A stretch of DNA of 31,282 bases from Bacteriovoracaceae bacterium (GTDB lineage Bacteria > Bdellovibrionota > Bacteriovoracia > Bacteriovoracales > Bacteriovoracaceae), in assembly GCA_041586955.1 (NCBI GenBank), contig JBFGZE010000030.1, positions 1 to 31,282 of the forward strand, written 5' to 3'. The position numbers were made by a program, and so were the translations under genes. The notes beneath the pieces are model-generated. The model saw only the letters and a program-made list of their open reading frames with translations. It ran no database searches and was not told the origin of the DNA. Below, piece by piece: positions 1-8,974 of this stretch; positions within the stretch are counted from its first letter, which is position 1; each line of letters opens with the position of its first letter.

Positions 1-51
1 CAGGAGCGGCGCTATGGCAAGCTGAATGCCTAGATGTGTAAAGAATTCACC

Positions 52-381
52 TTAAACAAGTCGTAAACCGGGTCTATTCTCTCTTTTTTTCGCAGCTGGT
101 GGATTTGGTTGCTCGGGAAGATCTGGAGACTCAGAGGTCTCTTCTTGAATTTCTTTATCGACTTTAATTCGTGATTGCTCAAAGGCACGTGCATCGCTGG
201 CGGCCACTTGATACTCTTCTTCCGTCATCTCAAGACTTCCAAAAGTATAGGTATTGAGCTTTTTAGAGTTTTGAAGATTCATAGCATAAGCGGCCAGGGA
301 TCTAAAGTAATCATCAAGATTATCAGTAAGCGCAAAATAGGAACCGTCAAAGGCATTCGCAATATAAAAGACACGTTTCAT
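52..381 (-). CDS. Hypothetical 109-aa protein with Pro/Glu-rich linker and SspB-like C-terminal tail (RPGLRLV)
   Basis: ATG with upstream AAAGGA SD; protein-like composition; no recognised family for the N-terminal domain. Confidence 0.75.
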   Translation of the reverse strand: MKRVFYIANAFDGSYFALTDNLDDYFRSLAAYAMNLQNSKKLNTYTFGSLEMTEEEYQVAASDARAFEQSRIKVDKEIQEETSESPDLPEQPNPPAAKKRENRPGLRLV

Positions 382-676
382 TTAATTTTCCTTTAGTGAT
401 AAGTAAATTTAGCAAAATAAATATGAACTTTCCATGAAAAGAAGTGAGGGACGTTATTTTTAGCGTGGCGTTGAATGGATTTATTTCTAGAAGAAAGTGG
501 GAATATTTCCGCTTGGGGTTTATACTGCTAGGGGAAATTTAGGTCATTTCATCTTTGTTTATAGTTGACTGATTAGCGCGGCTAAAAAGCAACCCTTTTC
601 ACATGACTAAAGCTGATTTAATATAGTCTGGATTCAAAAATGAATCATTTCACCCCACGTGGCCAAGGAGAGTATT

Positions 677-1972
677 ATGGGGAACAAACCCGTCTACATT
701 GTGCAAGGAAAGCGTACACCCCAGGCCAAGTCCGGGACTCAGTTAAAGGATGTTGATGCACCTTATTTAGGGGCCTATCTTATTCGTTATCTTCTCGATG
801 ATACTTCCATCCCTAATGATGCCGTTGATGAAGTTATTATCGGGAACACAGGGACACCTGCGAAATATCCTAATATTGGCCGAGTCATCGCTCTTGAAGC
901 TGGTCTTGATAAGAAAACTTCTGGCTATAGCTGCCACCGCAACTGTGCCTCAGGGATGGAGGCCGTCAGCCATGCTTATTTAAAAATAGCGAGTGGCCGC
1001 TCAGATATTATTTTAGCTGGTGGCGTCGAGAATATGTCTCAAATGCCGTTGATTTACGGCAAAGAAATGACGGAATTATTTGTCCAAATGATGAAGGCCA
1101 AAACTGTTAAAGATAAGCTTAAGGCCATCGGAACTTTTAGGCCGCCATTTCTCTCTCCCATTATTGCTATCGAACAGGGTTTAACAGATCCTTTTTGTGG
1201 CCTTAATATGGGGCAGACGGCCGAATTATTGGCCCGCGAGTTCGGCCTCACCCGGGAGCAACAGGATACTTTTGCCAATCGCTCTCATCAATTGGCCTGC
1301 CAGGCACAAGAGAAAGGGATTTGGGCAGAGGAAATTGTTCCATTGCCGGTTGGCCCTAATATGGAACATTTATTAAAAGACGATGTTGGACCTCGCAAGA
1401 ATTCAACGGTTGAAGGTCTTAGTAAAATGCGTCCCTATTTTGAGAAAAAATCGGGAACCGTTACTGTTGGTAATGCTTGTCCTATTACAGATGGTGGCTC
1501 CGTTCTCTTATTTGCTTCAGAAGAAGCAGTTAAAAAGTATGATCTTAAGCCTTTGGCGCGATTAGTGGATTATCATTTTCATGGCCTAGAACCCGAGCGC
1601 ATGGGGATGGGTCCTTTGCTGGCGATGGATGGTGTGCTCAAGCGAACGGGTATGACGATTGACCAAATGGACTATATTGAAATTAATGAAGCCTTTGCGG
1701 CCCAGGTTATGGCAGTGGTTGAGGCCTGTAAAAACCCTGAGGCGTCAGCTCGTTTTGGATTGGACCATACTATTGGTGAAATCCCCTTAGATAAGCTTAA
1801 TGTGAATGGTGGTGGGATTGCTCTTGGTCACCCTGTTGGTTCCACTGGATCTCGCTTAATAGTCACGTTAATGCACCAATTACGAAGGGAGAAGGCCAAG
1901 TATGGTATTGCATCTCTTTGTATTGGTGGTGGCCAAGGTGGCGCTGTAATTATTGAAAATCTTCAGGCATAA
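677..1972 (+). CDS. fadI: Acetyl-CoA C-acyltransferase (3-ketoacyl-CoA thiolase)
   Basis: Thiolase motifs HRNCASG (catalytic Cys), NEAFA, GHPVG, CIGGGQG; ATG at 677 follows AAGGAG SD (preferred over GTG 659); adjacent to fadJ-like gene. Confidence 0.93.
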   Translation: MGNKPVYIVQGKRTPQAKSGTQLKDVDAPYLGAYLIRYLLDDTSIPNDAVDEVIIGNTGTPAKYPNIGRVIALEAGLDKKTSGYSCHRNCASGMEAVSHAYLKIASGRSDIILAGGVENMSQMPLIYGKEMTELFVQMMKAKTVKDKLKAIGTFRPPFLSPIIAIEQGLTDPFCGLNMGQTAELLAREFGLTREQQDTFANRSHQLACQAQEKGIWAEEIVPLPVGPNMEHLLKDDVGPRKNSTVEGLSKMRPYFEKKSGTVTVGNACPITDGGSVLLFASEEAVKKYDLKPLARLVDYHFHGLEPERMGMGPLLAMDGVLKRTGMTIDQMDYIEINEAFAAQVMAVVEACKNPEASARFGLDHTIGEIPLDKLNVNGGGIALGHPVGSTGSRLIVTLMHQLRREKAKYGIASLCIGGGQGGAVIIENLQA

Positions 1973-1986
1973 AAAAGGATCTTACC

Positions 1987-4107
1987 ATGACTTATAAACG
2001 TATTAGTTTTGATATCGATGATAACATTGCCAAAGTTGGTTTTGGCCATAATTGCGATAAATCCATGACTGTTTTGGACGAGGAAACTCTGACAGAATTA
2101 AAGGGTGTTCTTGGAGACCTTAAAGCTCAAAAACGCGATCTTAAAGGGGTGATCTTTTTCACTCATAAAAAGCGTTGTTTCTTGGCCGGCGCGGACATTA
2201 ACCTTATTGCTAGTATGAATACAGAAAGCGAAGGAGCTGATGGCGCTGAACAAGGACAAAGTCTTTTTAATGAATTGGAGGATCTTGGCCTCCCGACTGT
2301 TGCCTGCGTTCATGGCGTTTGTCTTGGCGGAGGGACAGAATTCGCTCTCGCTTGTAAATCGATTATTATGTCTAGTGATTCTTCGTCGGCGATGGGATTG
2401 CCGGAAGTTAAATTAGGTTTGATACCCGGTTTCGGTGGCACTTACCGTCTTCCTAAAAAAGTAGGACTTCCCAATTCTCTTGATATGATTCTTACGGGAA
2501 AAATGATTAAGGGTCGCAAGGCGAAGAAAATGGGACTTGTGGATGAAGTCTACCCGAAAGAGAACTTGGTGGCCTGTGCGCAAAGACATTTCAAAAATAT
2601 TCAAAAGAAGGGTAATTTAAAAGATACCTTGGAGCATTTTGCTGCTGATAACTTTGTCTCTCGCAAAATTATTTTTCAAAAAGCACGTGAAAATGTCCTG
2701 AAAAAGACAAAGGGTTTTTATGAAGCACCGCTAAAAATACTCGACGTGATGGAAGCGGGTATGATGAAAGGTCGTGCTAGTTATTTGGCGAGTGAGGCCC
2801 AGGCCTTTGGTGAATTATGCACCAGTGAACAATCTAAAAATCTTCAGCATATTTTCTTTATGACCGAAACTGCTAAAAAGTATGCGGGACCAAAAGGTGA
2901 GGGTGAGTTGCCTTCACTGGAGCGAGGCGCCTGTGTTGGTGCTGGTACGATGGGTGGTGGTATTGCTTGGCTTATGGCCAATGCTCATATGTTTCCCATT
3001 ATGAAGGACCTAAGTACTGATGCCCTGGATATTGGTTTACGTCAATCCTCACAAAATTTTATGGGGGCCGTTAAAAGGCGGAAAATGTCACGCGATGAGT
3101 TCAGTCGCAAACAACGAAGTATTACGGCGCAATTGGACTATCATGGTTTTAAGCGGGTTGATTTATTGATTGAGGCCATCGTCGAAGATATGAAGATCAA
3201 AAAGGCGGTCTTCGCTGAAGTGGAAAAAGAAGTCCGGCCTGATTGTCTACTCACTTCCAATACCTCTTCTCTTAGTGTCACTGAAATGGCGACAGCTTTA
3301 GAGAATCCTGCTCGTTTTGCTGGGTTACACTTTTTTAATCCCGTTCATCGTATGCCATTGGTGGAAATTATTACTCACGATAAAGTGGCGCCTGAGACGG
3401 TCGAGGCCTTATATAAATGGGCCCTAAAAGTTAAAAAAACACCTGTCATCGTCAAAGATGGCCCGGGATTTTTAGTCAACCGTATCCTTATGCCTTATCT
3501 CAATGAAGCGGGCTTTCTTCTCGAAGAAGGTGTCTCCATTGAAGATATTGATAAGGCCTGTCTCAATTTTGGGTTACCTATGGGGCCATGCCGCCTTCTC
3601 GATGAAGTGGGGCTTGATGTTGGTCAAAAAGTGGCCAAAATTCTTCATGATGGGCTTGGTGATCGTGCCATGCCTTCAGGGCTTGTTGCGGGGATGGTTG
3701 AAAAAGGTATGCTCGGCCGCAAAACTCAGGCAGGTTTTTATCTCTATGATGAAAGTGGCAAGGCCGTCTCAGAAAATGAAGATGCCAAGGCGCTTTTACC
3801 TTCTCATTCTAAAAAGATGAGTGAAGTTGATATTCAAATGCGAGTCATTTTACCCATGATTAATGAGGCATCTATTTGTCTTTCAGAGGAGATTGTTGCA
3901 ACCCCTGGTGAATTAGACTTGGCCTTAATCTTTGGCATCGGCTTTCCTCCTTTTAGAGGAGGTCTGTTGCGCTATGCTGACTCTCAAGGGCTTGACCGTT
4001 TAGTCGAGGCCCTTAATAAGAGGGCGGAGAGTATTGATCCGTATCGCTATGGCGCTTCTCCTTATCTGTTAAATCTGGTTAAGGAAAAGAAGAAGTTTTA
4101 CGAATAA
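1987..4107 (+). CDS. fadJ: Multifunctional fatty-acid oxidation complex alpha subunit (enoyl-CoA hydratase / 3-hydroxyacyl-CoA dehydrogenase)
   Basis: Crotonase motifs FLAGAD, GGGTE, LPEVKLG; dehydrogenase motifs GAGTMGGGIA, SNTSSL, HFFNP, GFLVNR; 706 aa. Confidence 0.93.
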   Translation: MTYKRISFDIDDNIAKVGFGHNCDKSMTVLDEETLTELKGVLGDLKAQKRDLKGVIFFTHKKRCFLAGADINLIASMNTESEGADGAEQGQSLFNELEDLGLPTVACVHGVCLGGGTEFALACKSIIMSSDSSSAMGLPEVKLGLIPGFGGTYRLPKKVGLPNSLDMILTGKMIKGRKAKKMGLVDEVYPKENLVACAQRHFKNIQKKGNLKDTLEHFAADNFVSRKIIFQKARENVLKKTKGFYEAPLKILDVMEAGMMKGRASYLASEAQAFGELCTSEQSKNLQHIFFMTETAKKYAGPKGEGELPSLERGACVGAGTMGGGIAWLMANAHMFPIMKDLSTDALDIGLRQSSQNFMGAVKRRKMSRDEFSRKQRSITAQLDYHGFKRVDLLIEAIVEDMKIKKAVFAEVEKEVRPDCLLTSNTSSLSVTEMATALENPARFAGLHFFNPVHRMPLVEIITHDKVAPETVEALYKWALKVKKTPVIVKDGPGFLVNRILMPYLNEAGFLLEEGVSIEDIDKACLNFGLPMGPCRLLDEVGLDVGQKVAKILHDGLGDRAMPSGLVAGMVEKGMLGRKTQAGFYLYDESGKAVSENEDAKALLPSHSKKMSEVDIQMRVILPMINEASICLSEEIVATPGELDLALIFGIGFPPFRGGLLRYADSQGLDRLVEALNKRAESIDPYRYGASPYLLNLVKEKKKFYE

Positions 4108-4108
4108 A

Positions 4109-5281
4109 ATGAATACTTCATTTTTTCGCTATCTCGTTCAATTTATCTTTAAGGCCGGCTCTCGCCAAAGATTATTATTTTTGGCCTTGGCCGGACTTTT
4201 TTTAAGCTCCATGGCGCTTATCGTTTTACAATCTGCGATGGGAGGGCTCCAGACAAAAGTTATTGGTCGGTCAAAAACGGCCATGGGCTCCGGCACCATC
4301 TTATTGGAGTCGATGGAGGAAACTCAGGTTCTCAAAATCCTAAAGGCCTTGCGCCATAAATTTCCAGATAATATTATTTTACCTGAGTATGAAATAGAAT
4401 TACTTTTGGGCAAGGGGAAGTTTCTTACGCCTGTCGTTGCTCATGGTATTGACCCAAAGGGCATTAGGCCCCCCTTATTAAAAGATCTACAATTTAATGA
4501 GGTGGTACTAACACGCACGATTCGCGAAAACCTCTCTCTTTGGCAGGATCAGATTCCTATTCGTCTTATTAGCCCGGGCCATGTGGATTCTCTTTTTGAA
4601 GATATTCCCCGGGTCATAGGCCTCAAGGTTGATGATTTTGCCCTCTCTCATGTCAAGGAAGTGGATCAATTTCATATATGGGTTGCCTTAACAAAAATAC
4701 AAAATCTTATTCGTAAAAGAGATCTCAATCGTATTCGCTTTTTTGGTGATCTCGACCGTGACGAAGTTTTGGTTAGCATGAAAGAACTTAATATCCCTGG
4801 TGAGTTAGTCATGTGGGAGGATATTAACCAATCGTTAGTTTGGGCCCTGGGCCTTGAATCCCATGTCATGATTTTTCTCTTTACTGCTATGACCTGCTTA
4901 GTTTCTTTGTGTATTACCTCTGGCCTCTTTATTTTCTTCTCTAAAATAAAAAAAGACCTGACGTCTTTTTGGATTTTAGGAATGGGGAAAGAGGAAATTG
5001 GTCGGCATACATCGCGACTTGTTCTTTTATTATCATTTGCTGCTATTGTTTTAGGTCTTTTTTCTGGAATTGGTCTTTTGGCCTTCTTGGAGCTGACTGG
5101 AATTAATATTATGTCCAGTCGCTTTGTCGACCGAAATGTAGGTTTACATTTGACCGCCTCTAATCTCGCCATTAGTTTTTTTGTCCCACTCGCTATTAGT
5201 TGGATATTCTCGGCCTTATCATTGAAAATTTTTAAAAAAGAAACCAATTATTTAGACTATGTTCGCAGTGTTGGACAATAA
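4109..5281 (+). CDS. LolC/LolE-like (FtsX/MacB family) ABC transporter permease
   Basis: One N-terminal TM helix (LIVLQSAMGGLQ), large periplasmic region, WEDINQSLVWALGLE motif, then three C-terminal TM helices; 390 aa. Confidence 0.75.
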   Translation: MNTSFFRYLVQFIFKAGSRQRLLFLALAGLFLSSMALIVLQSAMGGLQTKVIGRSKTAMGSGTILLESMEETQVLKILKALRHKFPDNIILPEYEIELLLGKGKFLTPVVAHGIDPKGIRPPLLKDLQFNEVVLTRTIRENLSLWQDQIPIRLISPGHVDSLFEDIPRVIGLKVDDFALSHVKEVDQFHIWVALTKIQNLIRKRDLNRIRFFGDLDRDEVLVSMKELNIPGELVMWEDINQSLVWALGLESHVMIFLFTAMTCLVSLCITSGLFIFFSKIKKDLTSFWILGMGKEEIGRHTSRLVLLLSFAAIVLGLFSGIGLLAFLELTGINIMSSRFVDRNVGLHLTASNLAISFFVPLAISWIFSALSLKIFKKETNYLDYVRSVGQ

Positions 5282-5439
5282 GGTTCTATCCATTTGACCG
5301 AATCAAAATTACTTAGATCAAGCAAGAAAATGTAGTGTTTTATTCAGTTATTATTATGCCCTTTAGGTCTAGTCAGTAAGGAATTTCCAACCTTTCTTTA
5401 ATTCTTTCTTTCTTATATTATTATACTAGAGGAAATTAT

Positions 5440-6522
5440 ATGAAAATTAATAATAAGGGCTTTTCCCTTATCAGTGTCATGGTTGCAGCTGGCCTATTGG
5501 GAGGGCTTTCATTAGGTGTTATGCAGCTGATAAAAAATATGTCAAACACTCAAACTTTCTCCCAGTCGAGTACTGATTATATCGATTTATCTCAGGAGGT
5601 ATCATTATTAGTGTCGTCCCCTGAAGATTGTACCGCATCTTTTAAAGGAGTTTCTTTTAAAGGGAGTAATATCCAGGGAACTCCTGTCGATGTTGAACTT
5701 TGGAGCGCAGATCAGGATGGAAATCGTTCAAGGTTGAGGTTTTCAGGTAATTCAGATTTTGGAAAGTTACAAATAGATGCCATTCGGCTTTCCATGCCAG
5801 ATTATACTGGTGGGGATTTTCCACAAGGATCTGGTCAGTCTTTTAATGCTCTCTTAGAAATTGTGGGTAAGAAACAAATTACATCAAACCAAGATCGCGA
5901 TATAAAGGCGATTTCTAAATCATTCAAATTATATTTTGACACGGATAGCGGAGGAAATAGTACGATCACAGGGTGTACTGCAGCCTCTTCACCTAGTTCC
6001 GGGGGGGATGTTGTTTTAGACTCATGCTCCTGGTCTGGTTATGTTAATAATTATGATGGCCCTGTTAATTATACTTGCCCTGGGGATAAGGTTATATCCG
6101 GCGTTAGAAGTGTGCATTCTAACGGAACTGAAGATAGGCGTTTTGAATATAAATGTTGCCGAGCTTCTGTCAGTGGAACTGCATTAGTAAAAAAATACTG
6201 CTTATTTTCTGGAGATGTTAATAACAAGGACAACCTTGTTAATTATACTTGCTCACCTCCACTTGTTTATGGTGGTGTGCAAAGCAACCATGATAGTGGA
6301 ACTGAAGACCGATCTTTTTCATTTCAGTGTTGTGACATGAAACTAACCGAATCGGCAGAAATAAAAGACTGTGAGATTTCTGGTTATGTGAATATTTTCG
6401 ATGGCGCAGTTGATTATACCTGCCCTATCAATAAAATATTAGTTGGGGAGATGAGCTATCACGACGGCGGATTTGAAGATCGCAGATTTCGATATAAGTG
6501 CTGTTCACTGTTGGCCCGCTAG
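5440..6522 (+). CDS. Type IV pilin-like protein (class III signal peptide) fused to three dermatopontin-like repeats
   Basis: MKINNKG/FSLISVMVAAGLLGGLSLG prepilin N-terminus; C-terminal 3 x 45-aa Cys-rich repeats with SxHxxGxEDRxFx[YF]xCC; GAGGA SD upstream. Confidence 0.85.
   Translation: MKINNKGFSLISVMVAAGLLGGLSLGVMQLIKNMSNTQTFSQSSTDYIDLSQEVSLLVSSPEDCTASFKGVSFKGSNIQGTPVDVELWSADQDGNRSRLRFSGNSDFGKLQIDAIRLSMPDYTGGDFPQGSGQSFNALLEIVGKKQITSNQDRDIKAISKSFKLYFDTDSGGNSTITGCTAASSPSSGGDVVLDSCSWSGYVNNYDGPVNYTCPGDKVISGVRSVHSNGTEDRRFEYKCCRASVSGTALVKKYCLFSGDVNNKDNLVNYTCSPPLVYGGVQSNHDSGTEDRSFSFQCCDMKLTESAEIKDCEISGYVNIFDGAVDYTCPINKILVGEMSYHDGGFEDRRFRYKCCSLLAR
6025..6504 (+). repeat. Three tandem protein-level repeats (6025-6159, 6199-6333, 6370-6504)
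   Basis: Each unit reads C-x2-SG-x-VN-x2-D-x2-V-x-YTC...G-x2-S-x-H-x2-G-x-EDR-x-F-x3-CC, at aa 196-240, 254-298 and 311-355. Confidence 0.9.
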
Positions 6523-6577
6523 CTGAAGTTAAATGGCCATAATCACACCTTTGCTAAAGAGCGGTCGTATGGCCTGG

Positions 6578-6607
6578 CCACACCATTATGATGTCATAAT
6601 GGTGTGG
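6578..6607. repeat. Perfect 14-bp inverted repeat between convergent genes (hairpin, possible terminator or stabiliser)
   Basis: CCACACCATTATGA-TG-TCATAATGGTGTGG; no following U-tract on either strand. Confidence 0.7.
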
Positions 6608-6618
6608 ATAAAAAATGG

Positions 6619-8922
6619 TTAAAGTTTTAAGTTTTTAAGCGCAGCAAAGGCATTGTTTTTTAATTGCTTCGTTTCCTGACGAGGTGCTTTGGGGGCCTTC
6701 TTATTGGCACCACCGCGAGTCCCGGTGACAGATCCAGAATCACCTTTTTTTAAACTCATGGCAATGCGTGAGCGGTCAAGATCAACTTCGATTACACGTG
6801 CTTTGACCTCTTGCCCCACTTTAAGAACTTCAAGGGGGTTGTCCACAAAACGATCGGCCATTTCAGAAACATGAACTAAACCATTTTCTTTAATTCCGAT
6901 ATCGATGAAGGCACCAAATTTAGTAATATTGGTAACAATGCCGGTATACCAAGTTCCCGGTTCAAGGTCACTCATTTTGCGGATGTCTTTGCGGAACTCT
7001 GTTGACTGAAACTCTGTCCGTGGATCTTGGCCAGGAGTTTTTAGAGACTTGACGATATCAGCATGTGTGAATTCGCCCAATTCATGGGCCAAGTCTTTAT
7101 CTTTTTCTAATTGCGTAATGAAATCCGTCTCTGCCGCCAATTGCTTTAAGGTACAATTTTTTTGGGTAACCCATTTTTCAAGAAGAGGGTATTTCTCTGG
7201 GTGAATAAAAGTGCTATCCAGAGGATTTTCACCATTATAAATACGCATGAAGCCCGCAGATTGTTCAAATATTTTTTGACTAAAACGGGGGACATCCATT
7301 AATTCGCTACGGGATTTAAAACCACCAATCTTTTCACGAGTCTTAACGATATTTTCAGCTAAGGTCGGGCCGACACCTGAAATATAACTGAGAAGAGGAG
7401 CTGAGGCGGTATTTAAATCAACACCGACAAAGTTGACACAATTTTCAACAATATGGTTGAGGTTTTTTTTCAATTTGGCCTGGTTAACATCGTGCTGGTA
7501 CTGACCGACACCAATACTTTTAGGATCAATTTTTACCAATTCCGCAAGAGGATCTTGAAAGCGACGAGCGATAGAAATGGCCCCACGGACGGTAGCATCT
7601 TTGTTGGGGAATTCTTTAGCGGCAATAGGTGACGCCGAGTATATACTGGCGCCGGATTCATTGACCAAGGTGGCCTTGACTTCACCTTTTTTAATGGCCG
7701 GAATATGATCTTCTAAAAAGTGAAGGGTTTCGCGACCAAAGGTCCCATTTCCCACAGCAATATGCTTAACATTATAATGTTCGATCAAGCGCTCAATGAT
7801 ACGAGCGGATCCTTGAATATCTCGTTGAGGTTCATGGGGATAAATAACAGTATCAAAAAGAAATTTACCAGTATGATCAACGACTGCTGTTTTACAGCCA
7901 GTGCGGACTCCTGGGTCCAGGGCCAATACTGCCTTCGCTCCTAAATAAGGTTGTAATAAAAGACTTTTTAAATTGATGCCAAAGACATCAATCGCTGATT
8001 CATCGGAAGTCTTCTTAAGTTCTGATTTTAGCTCAAGATCAAGTGAACTATGGATATAAAGAGTAAAGGCCTTTTTGGCACAGGCCTCAAGCCAATCAAG
8101 TAGTGGGTGCTTATCATCATCAAAATAAACAGAGCGAATGAGGCCCGTTCCACTTTCTATAGGAAATTGAACTTCAACTTTAAGAACCTTTAGGGTCATC
8201 CCACGGCGCATCGCCAGGAAGCGGTGGCCATTTCTGGGGTCGAGAAGTTCAGATGCCTTTTGCTCAAATTCAAAATAGTCTTTGAATTTTTCAAAATCTT
8301 TAATTTCTTCGGCCTTGGGCCTTTTACTAGAGACGACGACTGCGTCTCTCCAATAATCTTTTCTGAGGGTGTCTTTAATTTCTGGATCGTGGGCAAACGT
8401 TTCAATCAAGATAGCAAAAGCACCATCAAGGGCATCCTTTATGGTCTTAATTTTCTTATCGGGATTGATCAGAGTTTCGGCCATTTTTTGCATCTCTTCG
8501 TGCTGACCTTCACCTTTGAGAATTGCATCCGCTAACGGCCCAAGACCGGCTTCTTTGGCCAACATTCCTTTTGTTTTTTTCTTCGCTTTAAAAGGAGCAT
8601 AGATATCTTCTAATTGAACCAGTGTTTCAGCTTTAAGAATGGCCTGTTTAATTTCCGGTGTCATCATTTCTTGCTTGGTGATCGCTTCAAGAATATAGGC
8701 ACGTCGTTTTTCTCTTTCGAGATAGGCCTCGTAGGTGTCAATAATATTACGAATTTGTTCCTCGTTAAGGTCCCCCGTTTTTTCCTTACGGTAGCGGGTA
8801 ATGAAGGGCACAGTACAATCTTCCATATAAGTAAGTTGGAGGACGGCAGCGACGGATTGAGCTTTAATTTCCGTGGCCTGTGTGGCAAAAATGGCCCCTT
8901 CTGGGTTAATCGTTTTAGACAT
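6619..8922 (-). CDS. tex: Tex family RNA-binding transcriptional accessory protein (YqgF-like, HhH and S1 domains)
   Basis: TVPFITRYRKEKTG, LDPGVRTGCK, ESGASIYSAS, DPKSIGVGQYQHD, C-terminal S1 domain; likely start ATG 8922 (MSKTIN) with CAGGAG SD. Confidence 0.95.
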   Translation of the reverse strand: MSKTINPEGAIFATQATEIKAQSVAAVLQLTYMEDCTVPFITRYRKEKTGDLNEEQIRNIIDTYEAYLEREKRRAYILEAITKQEMMTPEIKQAILKAETLVQLEDIYAPFKAKKKTKGMLAKEAGLGPLADAILKGEGQHEEMQKMAETLINPDKKIKTIKDALDGAFAILIETFAHDPEIKDTLRKDYWRDAVVVSSKRPKAEEIKDFEKFKDYFEFEQKASELLDPRNGHRFLAMRRGMTLKVLKVEVQFPIESGTGLIRSVYFDDDKHPLLDWLEACAKKAFTLYIHSSLDLELKSELKKTSDESAIDVFGINLKSLLLQPYLGAKAVLALDPGVRTGCKTAVVDHTGKFLFDTVIYPHEPQRDIQGSARIIERLIEHYNVKHIAVGNGTFGRETLHFLEDHIPAIKKGEVKATLVNESGASIYSASPIAAKEFPNKDATVRGAISIARRFQDPLAELVKIDPKSIGVGQYQHDVNQAKLKKNLNHIVENCVNFVGVDLNTASAPLLSYISGVGPTLAENIVKTREKIGGFKSRSELMDVPRFSQKIFEQSAGFMRIYNGENPLDSTFIHPEKYPLLEKWVTQKNCTLKQLAAETDFITQLEKDKDLAHELGEFTHADIVKSLKTPGQDPRTEFQSTEFRKDIRKMSDLEPGTWYTGIVTNITKFGAFIDIGIKENGLVHVSEMADRFVDNPLEVLKVGQEVKARVIEVDLDRSRIAMSLKKGDSGSVTGTRGGANKKAPKAPRQETKQLKNNAFAALKNLKL

Positions 8923-8974
8923 CTGTGTGTGACTCCTGTAAAAAATAATCGAACCACAATGGTAAGAGAAAGAT

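Noticed and set aside
1..33. Possible 3' end of an upstream plus-strand CDS (QERRYGKLNA-stop)
   Set aside because: Only ten codons are visible; cannot be supported or assigned
175..396. 73-aa plus-strand ORF opposite the 52-381 gene
   Set aside because: Weak start; the minus-strand ORF has an SD and more protein-like composition
4672..5247. 191-aa antisense ORF inside the permease
   Set aside because: Shadow of hydrophobic codons on the opposite strand; no motif
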